Below, in pieces: positions 55,401-64,000 of a stretch of 64,000 nucleotides of DNA. This DNA is from an uncultured bacterium (GTDB taxonomy: Bacteria; Verrucomicrobiota; Lentisphaeria; Victivallales; UBA1829): positions 67,793-131,792 of the forward strand of contig URKJ01000005.1 of NCBI GenBank assembly GCA_900548385.1. Reading direction: 5' to 3'. The first letter of the stretch is position 1; the number at the start of each line of letters is the position of its first letter. A program made the position numbers and the translations under genes. A model generated the notes under the pieces. It did no database searches and had not been told where the DNA came from. It saw only the letters and a program-made list of their open reading frames with translations.

Positions 55401-56912
55401 TTACGGAGAACTGCAGCCGGGAGCCCTGCTGCTCCGGTTTCGCCGGAAAGCATTCAGCAGAATGCGTTTTCTGGGGTTGTCATTCGATGGTACAAGGGTG
55501 TCGTCCGTCGGTCCGGCGTATTCCAGACTCCAGATTTTTGCTTCCCGGAATGCGTGATAGGTCCAGTCCCAGCCGGCTTCTTCAAATGCCCGGATGCTGT
55601 CTTCCAGATACCGTTCCGCACCGGGTGCGCATGCGCGGGCGGAGAATTCACCGACATAAATTTTTGCCTGATGTCTCCGCTGAAATTCCCGGACGGGCCG
55701 CAGGCGCGCTTTCAATGACTCAAAATCCCAGTTTGCTCCGAGAAATTTTCCGGGATAAGACGGAAGTGTCTTTCCCGCTTTCCGGTCCTTTTCGGTGAAA
55801 CGGGTATGCGTGTACACAAACGGATCGTATGAATGGAGCTGATAGATGATGTTTTTCAGTTTCAGCGGCGAAAGGTACGGGTAGGTGTACGGGGAACAGA
55901 GATGATTGGATTCGATATAGATGGGCGTTTCCGGGTCAATTCTGCGGATTGCCTCCGCCGCCAGCCGCTGAACTTCCCAGTAACCGAACCGGACGGGCCG
56001 TTGTTCGTTGGGTTCATTGATGAGATCATAGCCGTACAATGCCGGATGTCCCTTGAATTTGGCGGCAATGCGTTCCCAGATCCGGATGAAGAATTGTACC
56101 CGTTCCTCATCATCGAAGAGACAGGGATTGTTCCGGGAATTCGCCGTGCCGGGAACGGTGTGCAGGTCGATGATTATGGCGATGCCGTATTTCCTGCCGA
56201 GATCAAGAACGTTCGGGATTACCTTTTCGATTTTTTCGTCGATGAATTTCCGATACCGGAGCGGATCGCGTGCGATGGCTTCGGATGTGTTCAGCTGAAG
56301 CCGCATCAGATTGACGTTCCAGTCACGCAGGACTTTGAAGTTTTCCTCGTTTGCCTGATCGGTGATCGGGCTCATTACGCCGCGCCGGAGCGGACGGTTT
56401 TTCACGGCGTCGGAGTATTCGCAGAGGTGATCGACATTCTGTTTCGTGAATTTCACTGAAACTTTGAACGTGCGCAGATCATACTCCATTCTTCCGGAAA
56501 CATCCTGCATTCCGAAGCGCAGGTATCCGGTTCCGGCATCCGGTTCAATCATTGCCCCGAATGCGAGTTTCGTATTTCCGAATGAACCGTATCTTCCGTT
56601 GCTTTCCGCGTAATGCCGTTTGCCGTCCGGAGTGGTGTAGGAGAGAATGAACTTCTGCCCGAAATGCCGTTGCGGCGGTTTTGAAATGTTGTCGCCCCGT
56701 CCCATGACTTCCCAGACTGCATAGCGGTTGCGGAACGGTTTCAGATCAACCGTGAACAAGGCTCCGTGTATTCCTTTGGCGGAACCGGTCGGGATTTCGC
56801 AGATGACTTTGCCGTCTTTGATCTGCGAATACTCCGACATTTTGGCTTTTCCGAGCTCAAGAGCGGAGACGTTCAGAACGGAGAGCAAGAAGAGCAGGAA
56901 CAGATGCTTCAT
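55401..56912 (-). CDS. Secreted GH5 (cellulase-family) glycoside hydrolase with an N-terminal beta-sandwich domain, paralog A
   Basis: A signal peptide (MKHLFLLFLLSVLNVSA) is present. The acid/base motif is YGYDLINEPN and the nucleophile motif is IYVGEFSA. The start is ATG 56912. Confidence 0.85.
   Translation of the reverse strand: MKHLFLLFLLSVLNVSALELGKAKMSEYSQIKDGKVICEIPTGSAKGIHGALFTVDLKPFRNRYAVWEVMGRGDNISKPPQRHFGQKFILSYTTPDGKRHYAESNGRYGSFGNTKLAFGAMIEPDAGTGYLRFGMQDVSGRMEYDLRTFKVSVKFTKQNVDHLCEYSDAVKNRPLRRGVMSPITDQANEENFKVLRDWNVNLMRLQLNTSEAIARDPLRYRKFIDEKIEKVIPNVLDLGRKYGIAIIIDLHTVPGTANSRNNPCLFDDEERVQFFIRIWERIAAKFKGHPALYGYDLINEPNEQRPVRFGYWEVQRLAAEAIRRIDPETPIYIESNHLCSPYTYPYLSPLKLKNIIYQLHSYDPFVYTHTRFTEKDRKAGKTLPSYPGKFLGANWDFESLKARLRPVREFQRRHQAKIYVGEFSARACAPGAERYLEDSIRAFEEAGWDWTYHAFREAKIWSLEYAGPTDDTLVPSNDNPRKRILLNAFRRNRSSRAPGCSSP
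56350..56425. repeat. 76-nt tract identical to 57866-57941 (copy A)
   Basis: Base-by-base comparison of the two GH5 paralogs gives 76/76 identity at a constant offset of 1516 nt. Confidence 0.9.
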
Positions 56913-56916
56913 CGGA

Positions 56917-58449
56917 TTATTTTCCTTTCCTGTCATTGTTTCGGAATGCGTTCAGCAGGACTTCTTTGCGCGGAGTGGAGGGGACCTGTTTCATGGAATC
57001 CAGCGCGGGACCTTCGTGTTCCACGCTCCAGAGAGCGCCTTCCCGGAATGCGTGGTAGGTCCAGTCCCAGCCGTATTCCTCGAAAACGCGGATGCAGTCC
57101 CGCAGATAAGCGTCTGCTCCCGGTGCGCAGGCAAACGCGGAGAATTCGCCGACATAGATTTTCGCCCGGTGCTTCTTTTCAAACTCCCGGACATACGAAA
57201 GTTTTTTCCGGATCTGTACGAGATCCGGTCCCCAGAATGTGCCGTAGTAGGTTCCGGGATAGATCCGGTATTTTATTTTTCCGGTTTCAAGATCGCGTTT
57301 TTTCTGAATAAAATAGTGAGTGTAATCGAACGGTTCGTAGAAATGGCACTGATAAATGATGTTTTTCAGTTTCAGCGGGGAAAGGAAATAGAATGCCAGA
57401 GGACTGTTCATCATGTTGGATTCGATATAGATGGGCGTTTCCGGGTCGATTTCCCGGATGGCTTCCGCGGCGCGGCGCTGGAGTTCCAGATAGTCGGTTT
57501 TTGCCCGGCGGGTTTGTTTGGGTTCGTTGATGAGGTCGTAACCGTACAGTGCGGGATGTCCTTTGAATTTGGCCGCGATCCGCCGCCAGATGTGGAGGAA
57601 TTCATTCACAGCGGCTTCATTGCCGTAAATGGCGTCGGATTCTTCCGTCATGCGGGCGCTGCCGGGGACGGTGTGAAGATCAATGATGATCATGACACCG
57701 TATTTTTTCCCCAGATCCAGTACGCGGGGAATGACATCGTTGATTTTTGTGTCGATGAATTTCCGGTATGCCTGCAAGTCGGTCCGGGCGAGTTCGTCGG
57801 AAGTGTTCAGCTGAAGCCGCATCAGATTGACGTTCCAGCTGCGCAGAACCTTGAAATTTTCCTCATTTGCCTGATCGGTGATCGGGCTCATTACGCCGCG
57901 CCGGAGCGGACGGTTTTTCACGGCGTCGGAGTATTCGCAGATATGATCCCGGTTTTCTTTGCGGAACAGACGTTCCATAAGCAGGGAGTCCAGATCGAAT
58001 TCGACCCGTCCGGTACAATGTTCCAATCGGAGTTCCGCGCGGCAGGACTCCGCGTGCGGATCCAGCGAGATGGTACCCGGAAGGAGCCCGGATCCGCTTT
58101 TCCGGGCTTGGAGAAAACCGCCGCCGAGCCGTTCGTGGCTGTTATCATCCGCCGGATAGGAGAGACGAAGCCGTATTCCGGCTTTCGGATTGTTCAGATT
58201 GCCTGTCAACCTGGCTTTGAAACGGAGTCTTCCGGTCAGCATTTCTGCCCGGTATGGTTTCAGATTGAGTCGAAATGTGGGGAATGTGACCGGGGCTTTG
58301 CTGTTTTCCGGAAGAGTGAGGATAAGGCGTCTGTTTTCGACGACGGCATTGGACCCCGGATTCAGGTCCAGAATTCCCGGCTGGAACGCAGCTGCTGCGG
58401 AGAGCAGGGAAAACGGAAGAAGGGCGGTGCTCAGAAAAAACAGTTTCAT
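56917..58449 (-). CDS. Secreted GH5 (cellulase-family) glycoside hydrolase with a divergent N-terminal beta-sandwich domain, paralog B
   Basis: A signal peptide (MKLFFLSTALLPFSLLSAAAA) is present. The acid/base motif is YGYDLINEPK and the nucleophile motif is IYVGEFSA. Confidence 0.85.
   Translation of the reverse strand: MKLFFLSTALLPFSLLSAAAAFQPGILDLNPGSNAVVENRRLILTLPENSKAPVTFPTFRLNLKPYRAEMLTGRLRFKARLTGNLNNPKAGIRLRLSYPADDNSHERLGGGFLQARKSGSGLLPGTISLDPHAESCRAELRLEHCTGRVEFDLDSLLMERLFRKENRDHICEYSDAVKNRPLRRGVMSPITDQANEENFKVLRSWNVNLMRLQLNTSDELARTDLQAYRKFIDTKINDVIPRVLDLGKKYGVMIIIDLHTVPGSARMTEESDAIYGNEAAVNEFLHIWRRIAAKFKGHPALYGYDLINEPKQTRRAKTDYLELQRRAAEAIREIDPETPIYIESNMMNSPLAFYFLSPLKLKNIIYQCHFYEPFDYTHYFIQKKRDLETGKIKYRIYPGTYYGTFWGPDLVQIRKKLSYVREFEKKHRAKIYVGEFSAFACAPGADAYLRDCIRVFEEYGWDWTYHAFREGALWSVEHEGPALDSMKQVPSTPRKEVLLNAFRNNDRKGK
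57866..57941. repeat. 76-nt tract identical to 56350-56425 (copy B)
   Basis: See copy A. The flanking ~70 nt on the upstream side are also near-identical, including a further 36-nt exact match. Confidence 0.9.
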
Positions 58450-58460
58450 GTGCGGGTTCC

Positions 58461-59219
58461 TCAGCGTTCAATTTCATGGATGACGGCATCCGCGAACAGA
58501 TTGTCGTTCCGGAGCTGATAATAACTTTGAGCGGAAACGTGTCCGTCTGCGGCTGCGACATTGCACCGTTTCGTGTGACGGGTTACGACACCGACGATCT
58601 GTTTCGTGCTTGCGCCGTTATTGTTCGGGTAAGCAACGGTCACCGGCTGAAAGTCGAATTCCCATGAAGTTGTGTTTATAACCCGCTGGGAATCGGAGAG
58701 CATTGCGAACGCGGAGGGACTTGTCGGAATATACAGGCGCCATTCATTGCCCAGTACGCGGGCATCGGAGGAGGTCCCGATCTTTTTCGTATCAATGCTG
58801 CTTGCCATGGAGAGCCACCAGCCGTTGGAAACGCCGTAGCCGGTCCCCTTGTTGTCATCTTTCCACCCGGCGGCAGCTCTTTCCGCGGAGGTGAACGGTT
58901 TTGCGGGACAACGGGTGTTTTTATAAGTATTGATATATCCGAGCTTGTAAAGTCTGCTTTTCCATAGTTCCTTATCGCCGGTGTTATCCGGGCAGTTCCA
59001 TGGGGTGAAGCCGTTGAAGTCGTTGGCATAGGCATGAAAAGTGAGAGCCAGCTGTTTCAGATTATTGACACAGCTGATCGCCTGCGCCTTGCTCTTGGCG
59101 GCATTAAGGGCCGGCAGAAGCATTCCGGATAGAATTGCAATTATTGCAATTACGATGAGGAGTTCTATAAGGGTGAAGTTCGTTATGGTGCTCTGCAGTT
59201 TTTTACGGGGGATCATCAT
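58461..59219 (-). CDS. Prepilin-type N-terminal cleavage/methylation-domain protein with an H-X9-DG motif (pseudopilin-like)
   Basis: The N-terminus reads [35 protein letters not shown]. The C-terminus has [13 protein letters not shown], an exact H-x9-DG. The start overlaps the LacI stop as ATGA. Confidence 0.85.
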   Translation of the reverse strand: MMIPRKKLQSTITNFTLIELLIVIAIIAILSGMLLPALNAAKSKAQAISCVNNLKQLALTFHAYANDFNGFTPWNCPDNTGDKELWKSRLYKLGYINTYKNTRCPAKPFTSAERAAAGWKDDNKGTGYGVSNGWWLSMASSIDTKKIGTSSDARVLGNEWRLYIPTSPSAFAMLSDSQRVINTTSWEFDFQPVTVAYPNNNGASTKQIVGVVTRHTKRCNVAAADGHVSAQSYYQLRNDNLFADAVIHEIER

Positions 59220-60232
59220 CTTTCTCCTTTCAGTTTCCGGACGGTCGCGCCCGGATGATAATTGAATTTGAACTTATATTCTTTTGTCGTCATGTCGCCG
59301 GAAAGCAGGAGCTCGACCGCTTTGGCGGCGCGTGACGGCGTATCCATTTCAAAACGGGTTACATCCAGAGGAAATGCATAACGGGGCAGTGCGGATGAGA
59401 GTGTGATCAGGGAAATATCCTCCGGAATGCGGAGTCCCAGCTGTGCGGCTTCATAAAGCAGAATTCGGCACATGCGTTCCTGCGTGCAGAGCCACGCCGT
59501 GTGACGGCCTGCTTTCAGCGCTTTTCGCAACTGTGCGGAATCGTCGAAACAATCGCTGATCACATCTTTGGCAAGATCGAATTCCTGGCAGGCATCCTGA
59601 ATGCCCGTCAGGAGTGCCCGGATCCGCATAGTATGGACTTCGTCTATGGATTTAAGTGACTTCAGAACACCGAGTCCGCCGAAAAATCCGATATGGCGGT
59701 GTCCGTTTTTCCGCAGCAGCCGGGCGGCATCGTATCCTGCCTGCCAATGATCAGGATGAAGGATCGGTCCTTCGAAAACGTCGGTTTCTCCGATCCCGAC
59801 GACCCGTATGCCGTGTTCCAACAGGTCCCGGATATGAGGAGCAATGAAATTCACCATACCGAGCACGATGACACAGGCAGGTTTCAGGGAGAGGACCCGC
59901 TGCAGAAGTTCCGCACTGCTTCCGAGAAGAAAAACCGTATCGAAGCCGTGTTTCCGCAGTCCTTCCCGGATCGCTGCGGGGACGCTGTTGTCCGACTCAT
60001 GGTCCAGCAGAGCCGGAGACGAAATGAAAATTGCGCTTTTTCCGGTGTCACGGATTGAGAGACGCTCTTTGATGTTGTTGCTGCGCCACCCGATCTCTTC
60101 AATGTATTGCAGAACTTTCCTGCGGATTTCCGCGCGTACGCCGGGCTGTCCGTTGATTGCCCGCGACGCGGTGCCGAGTCCGACTCCGCAATTCCTTGCA
60201 ATATCCTTGATTGTGATCTTTTTCTCTGTCAT
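59216..60232 (-). CDS. LacI-family transcriptional regulator
   Basis: The HTH reads [45 protein letters not shown] sugar-binding fold follows. Confidence 0.85.
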   Translation of the reverse strand: MTEKKITIKDIARNCGVGLGTASRAINGQPGVRAEIRRKVLQYIEEIGWRSNNIKERLSIRDTGKSAIFISSPALLDHESDNSVPAAIREGLRKHGFDTVFLLGSSAELLQRVLSLKPACVIVLGMVNFIAPHIRDLLEHGIRVVGIGETDVFEGPILHPDHWQAGYDAARLLRKNGHRHIGFFGGLGVLKSLKSIDEVHTMRIRALLTGIQDACQEFDLAKDVISDCFDDSAQLRKALKAGRHTAWLCTQERMCRILLYEAAQLGLRIPEDISLITLSSALPRYAFPLDVTRFEMDTPSRAAKAVELLLSGDMTTKEYKFKFNYHPGATVRKLKGER

Positions 60233-60274
60233 TTTCCGTCCTTGACTGATAACTGGAAATGTCCTTCTTTGTTA

Positions 60275-60303
60275 ATTATACAACAAAACCGGAAAAAAGT
60301 CAA
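60275..60303 (-). promoter_or_regulatory. Near-consensus sigma70 promoter of the LacI/pseudopilin/GH5 operon (TTGACT-N17-TATAAT on the minus strand)
   Basis: The plus strand shows AGTCAA at 60298-60303 and ATTATA at 60275-60280, with a 17-nt spacer. Confidence 0.55.
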
Positions 60304-60313
60304 GAGGTAAAAC

Positions 60314-60327
60314 TGGAAATATTTCCA
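60314..60327. promoter_or_regulatory. Perfect 14-bp palindrome TGGAAATATTTCCA (candidate LacI operator)
   Basis: The sequence is exactly self-complementary and lies 10 nt upstream of the -35. A related site, CTGGAAATGTCC, lies at 60253-60264 between the -10 and the start codon. AACTGGAAAT occurs twice (60251 and 60311). Confidence 0.5.
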
Positions 60328-60378
60328 AAAAAAGAAAAATGGCGCTCTGTCCCTGACGGTTTTTGACTCGCCGGAGGA

Positions 60379-63300
60379 TCATTGGATTATCATATTGCGA
60401 ATCTCCAGTTCAACGTTTTCCGAGTCTTTCCCCAAAGCCTGAACCAGCAGTTCCCCGCGCAGGCGGCACTCCGGACGGAATTTTTTTGTATTAAGGAGGA
60501 TTCTGTATTTTTGGAATTGCTTTCCACCCGGTAGAGTGAGCCGGATTTGTTCCGCATGTTTCCAGTCTGAGCATGGAATAACTATTTTGATTTGTAAGGG
60601 TTTGGATGCTCCTGCCTCCAGAGTCAGAGAGTGGAACTCCTCCGGCGATGCACCTTTCCGGAAGAAACAGATGAATCCAGGTCTGGGTGATGAGCCTTTC
60701 TTTTCAAACCGGGGAAAACGATAGGAAATTCGCGTCTCGTCGGATTTAATGTTTCCTTTGTCCGGCAGATGATAAGAACCGATTACGGAAATCCTCACAT
60801 CTTTGTTCGGAATTCGGACTGGAGAAGCGGAACATTCCTCTCCCGTGACTGCAAGCAGAATCGGGACCGATCTTTTTGTCGGCAGATAGTCAATGTTCTC
60901 TTTGTAATAGGCCCGCGCGGACAGGAAGTCGATGGAGACGATTTTTTTCTCCGGATGCGGATTCTCCCATTCAGCGACAAACGTTGTTCCGGAACGCTGG
61001 CTGTTGCTCCCTTGAATTCCCAGCTTGGCCTTCGGGAGCCCCCAGACGAACCACCAGTCAGCGACGTTTTCCTGTCCCGTCATAGGATAATCAATCCGGG
61101 AACCATCGGCATAATGGATCCTGTAATAGGCACAAACACTGTTGTTGCCCCACGCCGTTGTATGCAGGAAAAAAAGACGGGAAAAGAAACCGTCTGTCCG
61201 GATTCCCCGGACTGCTTCGGGAAAATAGGGTCTTTCCGTTCCGCAAAGGACAATGCAGGACTTTCCTCCGTTTCTTTCCGGTGCAATAATTCGGAATGGA
61301 ACTCCGGCGGCAGTCACCATTCCTGTTTGAACATGGCGGAAATCATTGTTGCCCTGGTCGGTCCATCCTCCTTTGCGATCACCGTCCTTCTCATCCCGGA
61401 ATGAGGTTGTGACGTAAGGTGTGAGTTCAATAACGCGGCATCTGTTTTTTACGGTTGTATATTCATCATTTCTATTCATGGAAAACGGGAGCGTTTTTGT
61501 CCAGAAAGCGCGGGTTTCCAATGCATAGCGGAGCAGATTGACATAAAACGCCGCGGCGGAACTGTCGCAGTCATGCAGTCCGGCTGCGTGCAGTTGGGAA
61601 GCAATGATGCGCCCCTTTCCGAGCGAGGATTCCATAATGGCTGTTCTCAAGTCACGATTCCCGAGTCCGGATACGCCTTTTGCCGCAATCGTATTCGGCG
61701 TGAAAGAGATCAGGGAATGAGTCAGCAGAGCACCATTTTTCTGTTTATTGTTCCATGTATCGAAATTGCGCTGGTCAAGTCCTGCGAATACGGGATGATC
61801 CGGCGAAACCAGATCAATGAAACTCATATTGCTGGTGACCAAATAGGAACCGTCCGGGAAACGGGTATCCGGATTCTGCTGTTCCAGAATCAGAATGACA
61901 CCGCCCGTGGTGAGAAAACGTTCCATTTTTGAAGTCATGCTCAGATTTACCGGTTTTCCGGGAACAAGTTCCGCAGGAACGATTAACGCATCACCGCTGT
62001 TCAGAGATTCGGTTGAAGAGACTGTTGTTGCTGTAACCCCGTGACGCTTCAGAAGATCGCTGGCTGCGGTGACATTTCCGGAATGTCCGGTGTCAAGCAG
62101 GAAAACGCGGCGGATCGGATTGATTTTCTGTTTCCGGATAGAGGCGTCCGCCAGAAAAATATTATAATAGTTCCGGGCGATCTCCTCGCCTTTGCTGTTA
62201 CGAAGAACCAACCGAAGTTGACGGTGCCCGTTGATTCCTCCTGGAAGTTTCAGGCGAATCGGCTGTTCATATTTAGAAAAAGAAACGGCTTCCGGGATTC
62301 GAAATGAACCGATGGAAACGGTTTGTTCATTCAAATCAGCAAGTTGCAGTTCCAGTGTCAACCCGCAAACGGTTCGTCCGGAAACGTTTACTACCGCCAT
62401 GGTCCATTCGGAAGACTCCCCGCCGAACAGGTTCCCCGGAAAGAGTCCCGTTTCATTGACCAGCATGGGGAAAATCTTTTGTGAAGTTAATGTGATGAAG
62501 TCCATATCAGGAGCAGGATTCCATGCAGCATAACCGTTCATTCTCCCGTCCAGCAGAATTGTGCTGAAAATCCGCGGCATGAATTTTTGCATTCCGTATG
62601 CTCCACCCCGTTCGGGATCCAAAGCTGCCGCAAGACCGATGGAACCGCTGAATCCGATACCCTGTGGTCTGCTCCAGGAGGAAGATGTGGCTTTTTCCGC
62701 ATATTTCCAGTACGCTTTCCGGTCTCCCGGGCGAAAGGCTCTGTCTGCTTGAATTCCCCACGAAAAGCCAATGAACTCCCATCCGACCCAGGGGAACGGA
62801 AGTTTCTTGTGCCCTGGAGCGTAAATCTCCAGCAGCTTGCGGTGATAGGCATTCAGTTCTCCGCGCATAGAGGTCCATTGGGCGGCAAGACCGGTATAGC
62901 TGTGAGTATCCACCAGATCGGTATCAAGCCGGCGGGAACCGTAACTGTATATGGTTGCCGAACCGGAATACGCACTGACTGGACGCCCGGAACGGTCAAT
63001 GCGCCGGACCAGCCGCACCAGTTCACCGAACCGGTCTGCAATCGCGGGATCCTGAATATGCGATACCTCGTTTCCCATGCTCCAGAGTACAACGGATGGA
63101 TGATTGTACGAATTTTCCACAAATTCCGTTACTTCCCGTTCCATATAAGGTTTCCATTTTTTATGGTCGATCTGAGCCGTGAAAGCCCAGCCCCATTCAG
63201 CGGCGATCAATGTGCCGCATTCATCCGCCAGTTCCAAAACGCGGTTGCGGATCGGCATGTGTGCCGTTCTGAGAATGAAATACCCCCGGTTCAGAAAACC

Positions 63301-64000
63301 GAGCAGATACTTTTCCGCAAGCGCATCCAGTTTCTTCGACCAGGGAGTATTTTCAAAATGGTGGGAAGAAATATTGGCGGAACACAGAAAAACAGGCTCT
63401 CCGTTGAATTCGAACCTGCCATTGCAGATACGGAAATCCCGATATCCGAACCGGAAGGATTCCGCATCGATGCTTCTTCCGTCCCGTTCCAAAATGAGAG
63501 TGGAAAAATAGAGGTACGGGTTTCCGATTTGCCACGGAACCGGATTCTCCAAAGCAACTTCAAGGCTTCCGGTATTCCTGCCGGGAGAAAGCGGTTTCTC
63601 TTTTGTGAATTCTCCGATTTTCTTTCCCGCTGATTGTCTCATGGCGGATGTGACAACATTTCTGAGTCGGACCGTCAAGTGTTTTCCCGTTTGATTTTCG
63701 ATGATGTAATCCATACGGATCCGCTGGTTTTTCCAGTCCGGAGTTACAAGGGCTTTTGCAATCCGTAGTTCCGGCTCCAAGGATAGCGTAACATCTCCCG
63801 TTATTCCGCCCGCGATCAGCCCCATCCACCATTGTGAACCATAAATGTGATATGCCGGACCGGTGCCGAACTGTGGACCATTGTCCGTCAGAATGCGCAG
63901 GGTGAGGACATTGCGTCCCGGACGGACAGCATCCGTTGCATCAATCTCAAAAGACGTATACTGTCCATGGTGGCTGCCGATTCTTTTTCCGTTCAGCCAG
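60379..64000 (-). CDS. GH2-family glycoside hydrolase (beta-galactosidase/beta-mannosidase-like), large multidomain, with its 5' end outside the window
   Basis: The frame stays open from 63825 to the window edge and encodes the GH2 sugar-binding-domain signature WLNGKRIGSHHGQYTSFEIDATD. The catalytic region has NHPSVVLWSMGNE. More than 1200 aa are visible. Confidence 0.85.
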   Translation of the reverse strand, partial: WLNGKRIGSHHGQYTSFEIDATDAVRPGRNVLTLRILTDNGPQFGTGPAYHIYGSQWWMGLIAGGITGDVTLSLEPELRIAKALVTPDWKNQRIRMDYIIENQTGKHLTVRLRNVVTSAMRQSAGKKIGEFTKEKPLSPGRNTGSLEVALENPVPWQIGNPYLYFSTLILERDGRSIDAESFRFGYRDFRICNGRFEFNGEPVFLCSANISSHHFENTPWSKKLDALAEKYLLGFLNRGYFILRTAHMPIRNRVLELADECGTLIAAEWGWAFTAQIDHKKWKPYMEREVTEFVENSYNHPSVVLWSMGNEVSHIQDPAIADRFGELVRLVRRIDRSGRPVSAYSGSATIYSYGSRRLDTDLVDTHSYTGLAAQWTSMRGELNAYHRKLLEIYAPGHKKLPFPWVGWEFIGFSWGIQADRAFRPGDRKAYWKYAEKATSSSWSRPQGIGFSGSIGLAAALDPERGGAYGMQKFMPRIFSTILLDGRMNGYAAWNPAPDMDFITLTSQKIFPMLVNETGLFPGNLFGGESSEWTMAVVNVSGRTVCGLTLELQLADLNEQTVSIGSFRIPEAVSFSKYEQPIRLKLPGGINGHRQLRLVLRNSKGEEIARNYYNIFLADASIRKQKINPIRRVFLLDTGHSGNVTAASDLLKRHGVTATTVSSTESLNSGDALIVPAELVPGKPVNLSMTSKMERFLTTGGVILILEQQNPDTRFPDGSYLVTSNMSFIDLVSPDHPVFAGLDQRNFDTWNNKQKNGALLTHSLISFTPNTIAAKGVSGLGNRDLRTAIMESSLGKGRIIASQLHAAGLHDCDSSAAAFYVNLLRYALETRAFWTKTLPFSMNRNDEYTTVKNRCRVIELTPYVTTSFRDEKDGDRKGGWTDQGNNDFRHVQTGMVTAAGVPFRIIAPERNGGKSCIVLCGTERPYFPEAVRGIRTDGFFSRLFFLHTTAWGNNSVCAYYRIHYADGSRIDYPMTGQENVADWWFVWGLPKAKLGIQGSNSQRSGTTFVAEWENPHPEKKIVSIDFLSARAYYKENIDYLPTKRSVPILLAVTGEECSASPVRIPNKDVRISVIGSYHLPDKGNIKSDETRISYRFPRFEKKGSSPRPGFICFFRKGASPEEFHSLTLEAGASKPLQIKIVIPCSDWKHAEQIRLTLPGGKQFQKYRILLNTKKFRPECRLRGELLVQALGKDSENVELEIRNMIIQ

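Noticed and set aside
1-64000. A search for tRNA, rRNA, CRISPR arrays, IS elements, integrases, phage genes and toxin-antitoxin or defence-system gene pairs.
   Set aside because: All intergenic spacers are 300 bp or shorter. None shows cloverleaf-compatible or regularly spaced repeat structure. No transposase, integrase, nuclease/helicase or defence-like domain was recognised in any ORF.

Overview
This looks like a 64-kb chromosomal segment from a moderately GC-rich bacterium. I tentatively place it in the PVC group (Lentisphaerota/Victivallales- or Kiritimatiellota-like). That guess rests on two prepilin-type H-x9-DG proteins, a TIGR04073-like protein and many glycoside hydrolases, and I could not run any database search. 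I found no rRNA, tRNA, CRISPR array, transposase or integrase. Housekeeping genes are cpaB, efp-epmA, a Nif3-like gene, mrdA, gltS, lnt-rsmB, uvrA, ispE, queF-argJ-argB and thiS-thiF. They are interleaved with four regulator-linked glycan-utilisation loci (three LacI-type, one IclR-type). Two of these loci share one cassette, in which a LacI gene overlaps the start of a pseudopilin-like gene by ATGA and signal-peptide glycoside hydrolases follow. The most unusual element is a tightly coupled six-gene Hyf/Hyc-like membrane complex at 39244-46598. Its large subunit has no CxxC motif anywhere, so it lacks the [NiFe] ligands, while all Fe-S ligands of the fused ferredoxin/NuoB subunit are kept. 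This resembles an Ehr-type (energy-converting hydrogenase-related) complex of unknown function. Directly upstream sits a membrane sensor (SBP-like domain, two PAS domains, GAF) with no output domain. Several near-consensus TTGACA-N16/17-TATAAT promoters, candidate operators and a few terminators can be read directly. All product calls come from motifs I recognised by eye, and start codons are often uncertain.
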